NCBI GenBank assembly: GCA_964486045.1
Contig: CAZALK010000018.1
Coordinates: forward strand, 149 to 64,148
Reading direction: 5' to 3'
DNA length: 64,000 nucleotides
Source of the DNA: an uncultured archaeon
GTDB lineage: Archaea; Asgardarchaeota; Lokiarchaeia; Sigyniarchaeales; SOKP01
Shown: one piece after another, positions 30,196 to 41,661 of the stretch
Position numbering within the stretch: the first letter of the stretch is position 1
How the letters are laid out: each line of letters begins with the position of its first letter
The notes under the pieces: generated by a model
Databases searched by the model: none
What the model was told of the DNA's origin: nothing
The model's input: only the letters and a program-made list of their open reading frames with translations
Translations under genes and position numbers: made by a program

Positions 30196-30397
30196 AATTT
30201 AATCTTTTTAATTATGGATGGGTATAATAAGGTAGAATTAATACAATTATTTATTTTAATTGACACTAAACAAGATTTTTCTTTTTTTATTACTTTTAAT
30301 CTGCAATATTGTCTAAATTCTTATCACCCAAATATTATACTATTTTGTAAAATCTTGAGGTATAAGTCTAGATATAAAAAAATTCCTAAACAAATTC

Positions 30398-33300
30398 ATG
30401 TTAAGACAAGAATACTTTCAGATTCCAATTAAGGCGTTAAATGATTATGCAAAACGGATTGAAAGAAATTATATTAGTAAAACTGCGTCAGAAATTACAT
30501 ACTATGATGATTTAAGAAGATTTTTAGAGCAAATATTCCCGGTTAATAAGGGATATTTAGTTCAATCAGGATATAAGATAAAGAGTTCATCTAATCGTCC
30601 AGATCTTACAGTATTATTCAAAAATATTGTACTTTTCCATATCGAGGCTAAACTTCCGAACACTCCTCTTGAAAATATTGTAAAATTCGACCCGACTAAC
30701 AGATTGAATGATCAAATCTTACGGTACAGAAGAGAAGGCGTACAATTACTAATTACCGATTTTAAAATTTTTTTATTGATTGATCCAAATACACCAAATA
30801 CACCAGAAATTAAACAGAAAATAAAATTTGAATGTATCTTATTGGAAGAAATAAAAGCAAAATTTAAACCTGCGAAAAATGCCTTACCTAACTTAAAAAG
30901 GTTGTTAAATTATACTTGTGAAGAACATCTTCAAACTATCTCTAATATAAAGAACCTTATTAATCCATTAGCAGATATCGCTAAAATTATTAGAGATAAA
31001 GCAATTAAAATTTTGAAGAAATCACAAACAAACAATATTAGTAAAACTGAAAAAGTAGCTGCTAAATATTTAAAAGAAATTCGAGATGATTTTAAGAAAT
31101 CAATTTTTAAGGAAGAGTCAGAAGATGAAAACTCCTTATTTTCAGATCTTTTTGCTCAAACATTAGTATATGGTGCTTTTTCAGCCTGGATGAAATTCAG
31201 CCAAAATTACTCAAGTAAACCAAAATTTACATTACAATTGGTTGGTGAATATCTTCCGTATGGTAGTTTCATCCGAGACTTATTTTTAACCTTAAAAAGC
31301 AAAATTCCTTCAGAATTTAAAATGATTTTAAGTGAATTAGAAGTACGTTTTCAAAAAACAGAATATAAGGGTTTGGTTAATACAGAATCTATAATTACTA
31401 CCTTTTACAGTGATTTTCTAAACCTATACGATCCACTAACGGCGAAAAATAGAGGTGTAGTTTATACTCCTCATGAAATTGTTGATTTTATAATTCAAGG
31501 AATAGATTTTATGCTAAAGAGGTGGTTGGATAAACCTCAAGGTTTGATTTCTGAAGATAATTTAGAATTAGAAGACAATAACTCCTTATTGAAAATTAAG
31601 CAAACTCAACTTACTGAATTTCATCCTAAGGCTGGCGTTAAAGCAATTAAACGTCTGAGGATCCTTGATCCTGCGGCAGGTACAATGGCGTTTGCGTCTG
31701 GTCTCTTAAATTTTGCTCAAGAAGAATTTCAGAAAAAATTTTCACAAGTTTCATTAGCTCAAGGTGCTTTTCAAAAATGGGTTAAAGAGACGTTTTTTAA
31801 TAATGTATATGCATTTGAAATTCTTATGGCTCCCTACGTTCTTGGACATATAAGAACATTTTTAAGTCTTGATAATTTAGGTTTGGCTTTAAATTCTGAA
31901 GAGTTTCATTTAAAATCATATTTAATGAACACATTAATGACACCACCTAAAGATAGAAAAATTGAAGAATGGATTTTTAATAATATTGATATTGGACGTG
32001 AGATTAAAGAAGCACTTCAAATTAGAGATAAAAAAGATATATTTGTAATTATGGGTAATCCCCCTTATAATATAAGTAGTCAAAATAATTGTGAATGGAT
32101 AAATGAAAAAATTAATGATTACAAAATTGGATTGGAAGAAAAGAACCTTAAAATTCTTTCAGATGATTATGTTAAATTCATTCGGTTTGGACAATGGAAA
32201 ATTGAGCAAGTAGGTACAGGAATATTAGCCTTTATCACAAATAGTCGATATCTGGACGGCCAAATGTTCTCAATTATGCGCAAATCCTTGAGAAAAACAT
32301 TTGATTATATCTATATCGTAAATTTACATGGAGATATGAGGAAAAAGGAATCTGGGAACCCCTTTAATATACGCGTTGGAGTTGCTATAGCATTTATGGT
32401 GAGATTGGATAATAATCCAAATAAAAATGCTGCAATATTCTATATGGATGTTCCGAATGATACTCGAGAGGAGAAATTTGAAATCTTAAATCAAGGATTT
32501 AATGAAGAAAAATTTCTGGTATTACCCGAAACTACTAAGAATTACTATATTAAAATTGATACAACCTATATGGATCGATTTGAACAATTGATTTCTCTAG
32601 AAAAGTTGTTTATATCCAAACCTTCAAGTGGTATAATGATTGGTAGAGATAGATTATTAGTGGATGTAGATAAAGAAGTTTTAACAAGAAATTTAACCCG
32701 ATTTTTCAATAAAAAATACGAGGAATTGAATGATCTCAACATTAAAGTTAATGATACAAAGACGTGGAAGAAATCAAAAGTATTCAATGGGACTAACCTA
32801 GAAAAATCAATAAAAGAAATAAAAAAAATTAAGTACCGTGGTTGGGATTTCAGATACCTAGCTTATGATAGAGCACTAGTAGAAGGTCACAGGATGGGGT
32901 ATATTGATCAGATTTCTAAATCAAATCCCGCTATAACAGTTACAAAGTCCTCAAGGAAAAAAAAATTTGAAACTGCCTTTATAGTAGATGGAATTTTAGA
33001 GAAATGTTTTATGGCAGTAACAGACACATCCTATGCATTTCCGTTATACTTAAATGATAAAATCAATATAATAATCCCCAAATTACCATATAAAGCAAAT
33101 CAAGAACAAATTTTCTATTATTGTTATGGAATATTATATTCTCCTACATACAGGAATAGATATGATGAACTTCTAAGGAAAGAATATCCAAGAATACCAT
33201 TTACTACGGAGTCAAAAATATTTAAAAACATGTCAGATATTGGTAAAAAATTGGCCGATGTCCATCTAATGAGGCACGATATTAGTTTTCGTTTAGAATT

Positions 33301-33655
33301 GGCGGAATTAAATCCCGAAGATTGGATTATAAATAATTTTATTTTCAAACCAGACGAAGAAACCTTATATTTTGATAATATCTTAAAAGATAAGGAAAAA
33401 TCCACTATTGAGATTGCTTGGATAAGAGGAATTACCCCAGAAATTTGGAATTTCTCAATTGGATCTATAAAACAAATTGAGCAATTCTTAAAATCTCGAA
33501 AATATAATTCATTTCAAAAATATAATACTCTTCAGAGAGGTTTAAATCATAAAGAATTAGTTTATCTTTTGAAAATGGTAACTGCTATTGAAAAAACTAT
33601 TGAATTGCTCCCTCAAATAGATCATATTTATAACCAAATTGACATTCTTAGTTAA
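30398..33655 (+). CDS. Single-chain restriction-modification enzyme (nuclease, N6-adenine MTase and type ISP-like specificity domain; no helicase)
   Basis: RPD...IEAK (PD-(D/E)xK), GVVYTP, LDPAAGT, GNPPY, DDYVKF and YPRIP motifs. Confidence 0.88.
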   Translation: MLRQEYFQIPIKALNDYAKRIERNYISKTASEITYYDDLRRFLEQIFPVNKGYLVQSGYKIKSSSNRPDLTVLFKNIVLFHIEAKLPNTPLENIVKFDPTNRLNDQILRYRREGVQLLITDFKIFLLIDPNTPNTPEIKQKIKFECILLEEIKAKFKPAKNALPNLKRLLNYTCEEHLQTISNIKNLINPLADIAKIIRDKAIKILKKSQTNNISKTEKVAAKYLKEIRDDFKKSIFKEESEDENSLFSDLFAQTLVYGAFSAWMKFSQNYSSKPKFTLQLVGEYLPYGSFIRDLFLTLKSKIPSEFKMILSELEVRFQKTEYKGLVNTESIITTFYSDFLNLYDPLTAKNRGVVYTPHEIVDFIIQGIDFMLKRWLDKPQGLISEDNLELEDNNSLLKIKQTQLTEFHPKAGVKAIKRLRILDPAAGTMAFASGLLNFAQEEFQKKFSQVSLAQGAFQKWVKETFFNNVYAFEILMAPYVLGHIRTFLSLDNLGLALNSEEFHLKSYLMNTLMTPPKDRKIEEWIFNNIDIGREIKEALQIRDKKDIFVIMGNPPYNISSQNNCEWINEKINDYKIGLEEKNLKILSDDYVKFIRFGQWKIEQVGTGILAFITNSRYLDGQMFSIMRKSLRKTFDYIYIVNLHGDMRKKESGNPFNIRVGVAIAFMVRLDNNPNKNAAIFYMDVPNDTREEKFEILNQGFNEEKFLVLPETTKNYYIKIDTTYMDRFEQLISLEKLFISKPSSGIMIGRDRLLVDVDKEVLTRNLTRFFNKKYEELNDLNIKVNDTKTWKKSKVFNGTNLEKSIKEIKKIKYRGWDFRYLAYDRALVEGHRMGYIDQISKSNPAITVTKSSRKKKFETAFIVDGILEKCFMAVTDTSYAFPLYLNDKINIIIPKLPYKANQEQIFYYCYGILYSPTYRNRYDELLRKEYPRIPFTTESKIFKNMSDIGKKLADVHLMRHDISFRLELAELNPEDWIINNFIFKPDEETLYFDNILKDKEKSTIEIAWIRGITPEIWNFSIGSIKQIEQFLKSRKYNSFQKYNTLQRGLNHKELVYLLKMVTAIEKTIELLPQIDHIYNQIDILS

Positions 33656-33769
33656 AGATTTGAACCTCTTCTTCCCATTTATTTAATAAAATCAATTACT
33701 TAATATTTAAATATTAATTAAATACATCAATATTATTATTAAGTTATAATCTGATTAAAATTAGTTAAC

Positions 33770-34381
33770 TTGACTTCTGAAGAAATCAAGATTTCAAAAA
33801 CTCTTGAGAATGGAATCGAATTCTCATGTCAAATGTGTGGTGATTGTTGTAAAGGATTCAATGAAGGTGAAGTCTATTTATATGAAGAAGATATCCTTCG
33901 ATTAGCAAAACACTTAAATATGGTTGACAAAGAAGGACTTAAGAAATTTGCAAAAAAATATGTCAAAGTAATTAATGATACTTTTTTCTGGAGGGAGACT
34001 GGAGCTAGTAGGGGAAAGACTTATAAGTTTAAGACTTTATCGTTTGTTTTCACTGGAAATGATGAACATTGTCATTTTTTAGATGATAATAATCATTGTA
34101 CCGTCCATACAGCTCGTCCATTCCAATGTCGCTGTTTTCCTTTTTGGAAGATGATGGTTACTAGCAGAAAAAATGTTATAGAATATGCTAAAAAATGTCC
34201 AGGTTTACAGGCATCTCTTAAGGGGCAAGGTAAATATTATAATCCTCAAGAAATACAAAAATGGGCTAGAGCAGAATATGAAATGGAACAAAAATATTTT
34301 TTGAAAGTAAAAGAAAATAATTTTAATATCTTGAAAGTCTATCCCTTTCTACCAGAAGAAAAGCTTAAAGATGTCAAATAG
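33770..34381 (+). CDS. YkgJ-family Cys-cluster protein
   Basis: CQMCGDCC, CHFL..C.VH..RP.QCRCFPFW and CPG motifs. Confidence 0.88.
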   Translation: MTSEEIKISKTLENGIEFSCQMCGDCCKGFNEGEVYLYEEDILRLAKHLNMVDKEGLKKFAKKYVKVINDTFFWRETGASRGKTYKFKTLSFVFTGNDEHCHFLDDNNHCTVHTARPFQCRCFPFWKMMVTSRKNVIEYAKKCPGLQASLKGQGKYYNPQEIQKWARAEYEMEQKYFLKVKENNFNILKVYPFLPEEKLKDVK

Positions 34382-34530
34382 CTGTATCGTTTGAGCGATA
34401 TAATAGAATTTTATAATATAAAGAAGAAATAATAATATCTTTTACTAATTATTAGGAATAATTAATAAAAGCTTAACTCTATATTAACCATAGAACTGCG
34501 AAAAATTACATACATATAAGTGGTATTAAA

Positions 34531-36924
34531 TTGAAAATTGGTCTATTTATTTGCGATTGTGGTAAGAACATAAGTGGAACAATTGACAATGAGTATTTAA
34601 TTAACTATTTCAGCAAAATACCTGAAATTCATGTTATCGGAGATCAATATCTATGTTCTGAATCAGGCCTAAATAAAATTATTGATGAGATAAAATCGGA
34701 AAAGATAGATCGAGTAGTAATAGCTGCTTGTTCTTTTAAATTGCATGGTTTACTCTTCCGAAAAACTATTGAAAAGGCAGGAATTAATCAATTCTTAATA
34801 TCTTTTGCCAATATCAGAGAACAAAATTCCTGGGTTCATTTTACTCAACCCGAGAAGGCTACAAGGAAAGCTGTTGATCAAATAAAAATGGCCATAGAAC
34901 AACTTAAACTATTAATACCTTTAGATGTTCAATATTCTAACATCATTCCATCTACTTTAGTGATTGGGGGAGGGATAGCCGGAATCAAAGCTGCGTTAGT
35001 AATAGCAGAATCAGGATATAAAGTCTATTTGGTAGAAAAAAATCCCACAATTGGAGGTCACATGGCACTATTTGATAAAACCTTTCCCACTTTAGATTGC
35101 TCAATTTGTATCTTAGGCCCGTTGATGACAGAAGTAAAGGATCATCCTAACATTGAGCTCATAACTTATTCAACTGTTGAGAAAGTTGAAGGATATATTG
35201 GTAATTTTGAAGTTTTGATTACAAAAAAACCACGTTTTATCAAAGAAGATGTATGTGTTGGTTGTGTTGATATCTGTCGAGATGTATGCCCAATTGACAT
35301 TGAAGAGACTTTTTTTCCTCGGAAAGCTATTGATATAACTTACCCTCAGGCAATACCTTTACTCCCTAACATTCTCGAAGAGTATTGCATCGGTTGTAAG
35401 GTTTGTCAGCAAGCATGTGGAGAAAGAGATGCTATAGATTTCGATCAGGAACCTGAAAATTTGAATATAAAGGTTGGCTCAATTATAGTTGCAACAGGTT
35501 TGAAAACGTTTGATCCTTCCTTCCTTGGTGAATATGGTTATATTAAAAATCCAGATGTCATAACTACAATGGAAATGGAAAGATTACTAAATAACGATGG
35601 TCCTACTCATGGAAAAATAATTAAACCGTCAAGCGGTACAAAACCTAAAAAAATTTCATTTATTTTGTGTGTAGGTTCTCGGAATAAACAAATTAATCGA
35701 GAGTATTGCAGTCAGGTTTGCTGCAATGCGTCGATTAAACAAGCTGTAATAATTAAAAAAGAAAATCCCGAAATTGAGATCAGTATTTACTATAATGATA
35801 TTAGAGCTGTCGGGAAAAATTGTGAAGAATTTTATAATAGAGCTAGAGAAACTTTTGGTATAAGATTTATAAAGAGTAGTATCTCTGCTGTGTTAAAAAG
35901 TGATATTTCAGAACAATTATTAATTCGGGGAGAAGATGTTATTGAAAATAGGGTTTTTGAGAATAAAACTGATTTAGTAGTACTAGCTGTCGGTATTGAA
36001 CCCGCAGAAGGGACAAATGAATTGAGTAGGGTTTTAAATATCTCTCTAGATCCTTATGGGTTTCTTTTAGAAAAACATTTAAAAGTACGACCATCTGAAA
36101 CTACGTTAAATGGAATTTTTTTAGCCGGTGCTATACAAGGTCCAAAAGATATTCCCTCAAGCATTGCCCAATCGGAAAGTGCAGCTTCTAAAGTTATTTC
36201 TCTGATAGCAAAGGGGAAAGTTGAGTTAGATCCTCACATCATCTACTTCAATAAAGAGAAATGTGACTTATGTCGATTATGTCTTGATTCTTGTGTATAT
36301 AATGCGTTAAAAATCGATGAAGATCAACTGAAAATAACAGAAGAAAATTGTTCTGGGTGTGGAGCCTGCGCTGCTATGTGCCATTCTGATGCATTGTATA
36401 TACCAGGGTTTACAAAAGCTCAGCTATCTGCTCAAATTCAATCGCTATTAAAACAAAAAAGCGAATCACCTTTAATTATAGCATTTTTATGTAATTGGTG
36501 CTCCTATGTTGGTGCCGATCTCGCAGGAACAAGCAAATTAAATTATCCAACAAGTATCAGAATAATTCACGTTATGTGTACAGCAATGCTCAACCCTTCT
36601 TTAGTCTTTGAAAGCTTCTTTTACGGTGTTGATGGTGTGTTAATTGCCGGATGTTATCCCCAAGACTGTCATTATAAAGAAGGATTTATTAAAGCAACCT
36701 CTCGATACGAAAGCATAAAAGAGATCCTGATCGAAACCGGGATTAATGAGAATCGGGTTAAAATTATCAGTATAGATGCGGGTGAGGGGGAAAAATTTGC
36801 CAATGTAATAAAGGAATTTAAAGAAAGCTTAGAAAAATTAGGTCCTATTCGCCCTAATGAGTATACAAAATCCCTTTCAACTAAGAAAAAAGAAAAATCT
36901 AAAGAAAAGGTTAAGCAAAATTAG
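34531..36924 (+). CDS. hdrA: HdrA-MvhD fusion protein
   Basis: FICDCG, GGGIAG, KTFPTLDCSIC, CVGSR..YCS.VCC, ferredoxin motifs, and C-terminal FLCNWCSY.GAD...GC...DCHY. Confidence 0.93.
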   Translation: MKIGLFICDCGKNISGTIDNEYLINYFSKIPEIHVIGDQYLCSESGLNKIIDEIKSEKIDRVVIAACSFKLHGLLFRKTIEKAGINQFLISFANIREQNSWVHFTQPEKATRKAVDQIKMAIEQLKLLIPLDVQYSNIIPSTLVIGGGIAGIKAALVIAESGYKVYLVEKNPTIGGHMALFDKTFPTLDCSICILGPLMTEVKDHPNIELITYSTVEKVEGYIGNFEVLITKKPRFIKEDVCVGCVDICRDVCPIDIEETFFPRKAIDITYPQAIPLLPNILEEYCIGCKVCQQACGERDAIDFDQEPENLNIKVGSIIVATGLKTFDPSFLGEYGYIKNPDVITTMEMERLLNNDGPTHGKIIKPSSGTKPKKISFILCVGSRNKQINREYCSQVCCNASIKQAVIIKKENPEIEISIYYNDIRAVGKNCEEFYNRARETFGIRFIKSSISAVLKSDISEQLLIRGEDVIENRVFENKTDLVVLAVGIEPAEGTNELSRVLNISLDPYGFLLEKHLKVRPSETTLNGIFLAGAIQGPKDIPSSIAQSESAASKVISLIAKGKVELDPHIIYFNKEKCDLCRLCLDSCVYNALKIDEDQLKITEENCSGCGACAAMCHSDALYIPGFTKAQLSAQIQSLLKQKSESPLIIAFLCNWCSYVGADLAGTSKLNYPTSIRIIHVMCTAMLNPSLVFESFFYGVDGVLIAGCYPQDCHYKEGFIKATSRYESIKEILIETGINENRVKIISIDAGEGEKFANVIKEFKESLEKLGPIRPNEYTKSLSTKKKEKSKEKVKQN

Positions 36925-37074
36925 ATGAAATTTAATTAATTATTCAATTATAGATATAAATAGAATTAACTTAAATTTCATAGTGTACAAAAATTAAGTT
37001 TTACTCTATATTCCTAACATTAATCCAATTAATGGAATAATTGTAATACCACCAATTTTAAGTGTGAGTCAAAT

Positions 37075-38361
37075 ATGAGGGTAAGAGCCATTACGATTGG
37101 GCAAATAGTGCCTTTTTTGTACAAGAATGAATCGATCTTATCGTTTATGCAAGAAAATCTTGAGAATTTTTCGAATCTAAATAAGGAATTAATTAAAGAA
37201 TTTGAAGAAATTGGTTATCCCGTTCAAAGTAAACGATTTTGCTCCCAACCTCTTTTCAGTTATGACAATAGATTGTTTTATGAAAAAAATCTGAAAGATA
37301 CTCTAGTAGAAATAGAGAGTCAATTAAAATTTTTACAAGAAATGTTTAAAGATTATGATTTTGATTATTTTGCCTGTGCTATGATGCTGGCGAACAAAAT
37401 TCAAGAATTAGGAATTTTTGAGAAGTTACTGCTGGAACAAGTTCCTCAATTCATAAAAAACACCGATATATTTTTTACTTCTTTACAAGTAGCATCTACA
37501 CGAGAAGGGATTAATATTTCTGCGTTAAAATCTGGTGCCAAAATAATTAAAAAACTGTCTGACCCTGATCCATTTAATAATTTAAATTTTTGTGTGTCTG
37601 CTAACGTGGGTCCAAATTTTCCGTTCTTTCCAGCAGCTTATCATTTTTCAGATAAACCCGCTTTTTCACTTGCTTTAGAAATGGCTGATGAGGTGGTAAG
37701 TGCCATTGAAAAATCAGATAGCTTGAAAGAAGCCCAATTTAATTTACTATCAAGATTTAATCAAATTTATGACGATACCACCAAAATTTGCGAAAAAATT
37801 GGTCGAAACTTTAATGTTGAATTTAAAGGTATAGATTTTTCACCAGCGCCCTTTCCAGAGGTAGATAAAAGTATTGGAACGGCAATTGAAAAGCTGGGAA
37901 TTGAATATTTTGGAGCCAATGGGACTTTAACAGGAGTTGCGTTGATAAAAAATGCAATGCCTATTAACAAAGAGAAGGTTATTGGATTTTCTGGATTTTT
38001 TCAACCTGTATTAGAAGATTATATATTATCTAAAAGATTATCTGAGGATAAGTTCAATCTAGATTCGCTACTTTTATATTCTACTATGTGTGGTGCGGGA
38101 CTTGACGTTATTCCATTACCAGGAGATATAACAGAACGAGAATTATTTTACATTTTATTAGATATGTGTACAATATCGGTAAGATTAAAAAAACCGTTAA
38201 CTTGTAGGTTAATGCCAATACCAGGAAGAAGTGCGGGTGACAAGGTTGAGTTTGATTTTGAATATTTCGCATCATCAAAGGTAATCAATTTTAGAAGGCT
38301 AACTGGTGAGAATAAGAATGATCTCTTTAACAGAAATGAGAAGTTTCTCAAATTTCTGTAA
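37075..38361 (+). CDS. DUF711-family protein
   Basis: PFFPAAYH, GIDFSPAP, GFSG...PVLED, CGAGLDVIPLPGD and RLMPIPG motifs. Confidence 0.85.
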   Translation: MRVRAITIGQIVPFLYKNESILSFMQENLENFSNLNKELIKEFEEIGYPVQSKRFCSQPLFSYDNRLFYEKNLKDTLVEIESQLKFLQEMFKDYDFDYFACAMMLANKIQELGIFEKLLLEQVPQFIKNTDIFFTSLQVASTREGINISALKSGAKIIKKLSDPDPFNNLNFCVSANVGPNFPFFPAAYHFSDKPAFSLALEMADEVVSAIEKSDSLKEAQFNLLSRFNQIYDDTTKICEKIGRNFNVEFKGIDFSPAPFPEVDKSIGTAIEKLGIEYFGANGTLTGVALIKNAMPINKEKVIGFSGFFQPVLEDYILSKRLSEDKFNLDSLLLYSTMCGAGLDVIPLPGDITERELFYILLDMCTISVRLKKPLTCRLMPIPGRSAGDKVEFDFEYFASSKVINFRRLTGENKNDLFNRNEKFLKFL

Positions 38362-38429
38362 TAAGATTTTTTTAGATGAATTGAATACTTATTTTTTAAA
38401 GAGTTAAATTTATAATTGTACTGGAATTC

Positions 38430-38888
38430 TTGGTAACTAGAATGGAAGATAAGAGAGAAAAAAGCACTTTGTTGTTCTTTAATGAAGCTGAAGAATATTT
38501 TGATAAATTTGATAATCAAGATATTATAATGAATGAACCCGTGAGGGAAAACAGGTTTAATACTAACTTTTTAAGAAACACAATGTTAAATGAGTTAAAC
38601 AATTTAAAAGAAATTATTGAAAATAATCCAGATTTAAAAATAGAAGCATTATCAGAGGAAAATAAAGAGAAATTTCATAAATTTATTAACTATTATAAAA
38701 AATGCCCGATCTGTGGGGGTCCTAATCATTATTTCAACTTAAAACAATTGTTTTTTAACGAAAGTAAAAAAAACCTAATAAGGGATCTAATTCGGTTAAT
38801 GAATGTTAAGGACAAGAAATTTAAAAGGTATAATCTCACTCTGGGAGTTCCCTGCTGTAATTGTTTTGAAAAGATAATCCAAGAATAA
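38430..38888 (+). CDS. Hypothetical zinc-binding protein
   Basis: CPICG and PCCNC motifs. Confidence 0.65.
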   Translation: MVTRMEDKREKSTLLFFNEAEEYFDKFDNQDIIMNEPVRENRFNTNFLRNTMLNELNNLKEIIENNPDLKIEALSEENKEKFHKFINYYKKCPICGGPNHYFNLKQLFFNESKKNLIRDLIRLMNVKDKKFKRYNLTLGVPCCNCFEKIIQE

Positions 38889-38905
38889 TAGAAAAAAATT
38901 AATTA

Positions 38906-39235
38906 CTATAGATAATCTACTACTTGTCCACTTTGAGTGATTTCATAATAGATCTCATTTTCTTTAACAATTTTTTTAACACAAAAGGCTTTGATTAAGT
39001 AATCAATATTATAATCAAGCGAAGCTTCATCATTAACAAGATCTCTGCCTTTCAAAATTTTAAATAGATCATTTTTTGAAATTCTTTTTGCTTTGTTTAC
39101 AATAATTAAAATTTCACGTCTAATAGGATGATTTACAGCTTTTAAATACAGTGAGTGTAAATATTTTGATCCTTCAACAGTTTTGCCATAATCTTCCATA
39201 CTTTCATAATTTTTAAAATCAAATTCATCAGGCAT
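38906..39235 (-). CDS. ArsR-like winged-helix protein
   Basis: KAVNHPIRREIL...YEITQSG pattern. Confidence 0.7.
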   Translation of the reverse strand: MPDEFDFKNYESMEDYGKTVEGSKYLHSLYLKAVNHPIRREILIIVNKAKRISKNDLFKILKGRDLVNDEASLDYNIDYLIKAFCVKKIVKENEIYYEITQSGQVVDYL

Positions 39236-39358
39236 GCTTTTGAAATAGCTTCATAAAAAATAAATTTTATTTTAATAACTAGAATTTGTTTTAATTTTTA
39301 TTAGGAGTTTTTAAATTTAGATTAAAAAATAAAGCGATTAGAAACACAAATTAATAAG

Positions 39359-39676
39359 ATGGATAAAATGGAAAAATCAAAAACAATTTCTTTAGAAAAA
39401 CCAGCTCTCATAAATAATAATAAATTAAAGTTTAATCCTAATAAAGAGAAAATGGGTCAAAAAATAGAAAATTTATGGGGTAACGGTAATTTTAATGGGA
39501 AAAAATCTAAGTTTGAGACCAAAAAATTATACGTGAAATTAGAAACATCAGGGAAAGAGAGAAGAAAAATTTCATTAAAACTTGAAATTAATAGCCCAAA
39601 TGTCCATTCTAGTAATTACAATCTACTTTCTGAGCTTTTAAAAGAGTTTTTTAAGGTTGAGGATCGTAAACATTAA
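39359..39676 (+). CDS. Hypothetical protein
   Basis: 105-aa ORF; no recognised motif. Confidence 0.5.
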   Translation: MDKMEKSKTISLEKPALINNNKLKFNPNKEKMGQKIENLWGNGNFNGKKSKFETKKLYVKLETSGKERRKISLKLEINSPNVHSSNYNLLSELLKEFFKVEDRKH

Positions 39677-39816
39677 GTAATTTCTTTTTTAAATCAACAA
39701 TCACCATTCAATCCTGTTTTTATATTTTTAAAGAAAAATAGGTAGAGTTTTAAACCAAAATATTTTATGTTAGGACTCTTATTTTTTCATTAATTAGAAA
39801 ATTTGATGAGAATAAA

Positions 39817-40878
39817 ATGGATTTTACAGAAATAAAAAATCTTTTGGGTTCTGAAGCAGATAACCTATTAAATCACATATGTACCGGGATTCCGAAAGAT
39901 AGCATACATGCACCGGGACCAGACTATATTGATAAAGTCTTTGAGCACACAGATAGAAATAATTTAGTCTTAAATAGTATGGGAAGATTATTCAATCAGA
40001 CAGGAAGATTAGCTGGAACTGGATACCTTTCAATTTTACCTGTAGATCAAGGTATTGAACATAGCGCCTCAGCTAGCTTTGCAATCAATCCTTCATATTT
40101 CGATCCAGAGAATATAATTAAACTAGGTATAAATGGTGGATGTAGTGCTGTTGTCTCCACTCTTGGGGTATTAGGGTCGGTTTCAAGACGCTACGCTCGT
40201 AAGATTCCATTAATTGTAAAAATTAACCATAATGAACTCCTTGCTACACCCAATATATCAGATCAGACTCTTTGGGCGGGTGTTGATCAAGCTTGGGATA
40301 TGGGAGCGGTTGGGATTGGCGCAACAGTTTATTTTGGTGCACCAAATTGTAGACGTCAAATTCAAGAAATAAGCGAAGCTTTTAAATATGCACATGAATT
40401 GGGGCTTGTATGCATTCTCTGGACCTATTTAAGAAATACTAAAGAATTTATTAAAGATGGAAAGGATTACCATACTGCAAATGATTTACAGAGCCAAGCA
40501 AATTATCTAGGAGTAACGATTGAAGCAGACATTATTAAACAAAAGTTATCCACTACTAGTAGAGGATATCTTGACTTAAACTTTGGAAGAACCGATAAGC
40601 TGGTTTATAGTAAATTAGCGACAGACCACCCTATCGAGTGGAATAGATATCAAGTTGTTAACTGTTATATGGGAAGAATTGGGTTGATTAATTCTGGAGG
40701 TGCTTCCGGGGATAACGATATTGCGGATGCGGTGACTGCTGCTGTAATTAATAAACGTTCGGGAGGTATGGGATTAATTCTTGGTCGTAAGGCGTTTAAA
40801 AAACCAACACCCGAGGGTATAAAAATATTAAATGCAGTACAAGACGTTTATTTATCTAAAGAGATTTCATTAGCTTGA
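39817..40878 (+). CDS. fbaB: Class I fructose-bisphosphate aldolase (DhnA type)
   Basis: [34 protein letters not shown] and GRKAF motifs. Confidence 0.95.
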   Translation: MDFTEIKNLLGSEADNLLNHICTGIPKDSIHAPGPDYIDKVFEHTDRNNLVLNSMGRLFNQTGRLAGTGYLSILPVDQGIEHSASASFAINPSYFDPENIIKLGINGGCSAVVSTLGVLGSVSRRYARKIPLIVKINHNELLATPNISDQTLWAGVDQAWDMGAVGIGATVYFGAPNCRRQIQEISEAFKYAHELGLVCILWTYLRNTKEFIKDGKDYHTANDLQSQANYLGVTIEADIIKQKLSTTSRGYLDLNFGRTDKLVYSKLATDHPIEWNRYQVVNCYMGRIGLINSGGASGDNDIADAVTAAVINKRSGGMGLILGRKAFKKPTPEGIKILNAVQDVYLSKEISLA

Positions 40879-40890
40879 GAATTTAATTAT

Positions 40891-40910
40891 CTTTTTTTCT
40901 TTTTTTTTTT
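40891..40910 (+). terminator. Oligo-T tract, putative archaeal terminator
   Basis: Near-continuous T run 12 nt after the fbaB stop codon. Confidence 0.5.
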
Positions 40911-41034
40911 CACTATTTGAAGACTTGATTTTTAAATTGGTTTCATAAATTGTAAGAAAAAAGATTGCTTAGAAAATTAAAATTAAAAGTGTATTTTTCA
41001 TTATTCTTCTTAAAGAATAATTTTTCTTCATTAG

Positions 41035-41649
41035 ATGAAAATGCGAAAGGATAAAAACTTTAGACCAGATGCTAAGCAAAACCCTTATAGAATGAAGCGA
41101 TCGGCTCCAATCCCTATTAGGTCATTCATTGACTTCAATACTCAAAGAGTATGTCCTTCATGTGGGAAAGCAATCAAGATATCTCACAATTTCTGTAAAT
41201 TTTGTGGGGTTGACTTGAGTGCTATTGAGGCAATCGGGAGTTCAGATGAGATTTCAAAGCAATTAGCAATAACAGCGGTTACCGATCCTGATCCTGAAGT
41301 AAGAAAAGAAGCAGTAGATACATTAGGAGATTTTGGCGAGAAAAAGGTACTGGGTGTATTATCACATGTTCTTCTCAATGATCCAGATGAGGAAGTTAGA
41401 AAAGAAGCTGCTGACGAATTAGGAGATCTTCATCATCCCTATAGTATGGATGTACTTGCTAAAGCCTTGAAAGATGAGAGCCCCTTAGTAAGGAAGGAAG
41501 CTATAGAAGGTTTAAAAAAAATTAAAAAAAAAATTAAACCAGAGAAACAGTACAAGGGGAAACCTGAAGAAAGGGCTGAACGGGAAACTAAAAATGAAAC
41601 TAAAGAAAAAACAGAAGATGAACCTCAAAATCAAACTAAAATTGAATGA
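41035..41649 (+). CDS. Zinc-ribbon plus HEAT-repeat protein
   Basis: CPSCG...FCKFCG and three D....VRKEA repeats. Confidence 0.85.
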   Translation: MKMRKDKNFRPDAKQNPYRMKRSAPIPIRSFIDFNTQRVCPSCGKAIKISHNFCKFCGVDLSAIEAIGSSDEISKQLAITAVTDPDPEVRKEAVDTLGDFGEKKVLGVLSHVLLNDPDEEVRKEAADELGDLHHPYSMDVLAKALKDESPLVRKEAIEGLKKIKKKIKPEKQYKGKPEERAERETKNETKEKTEDEPQNQTKIE

Positions 41650-41661
41650 GAATACTATAGT

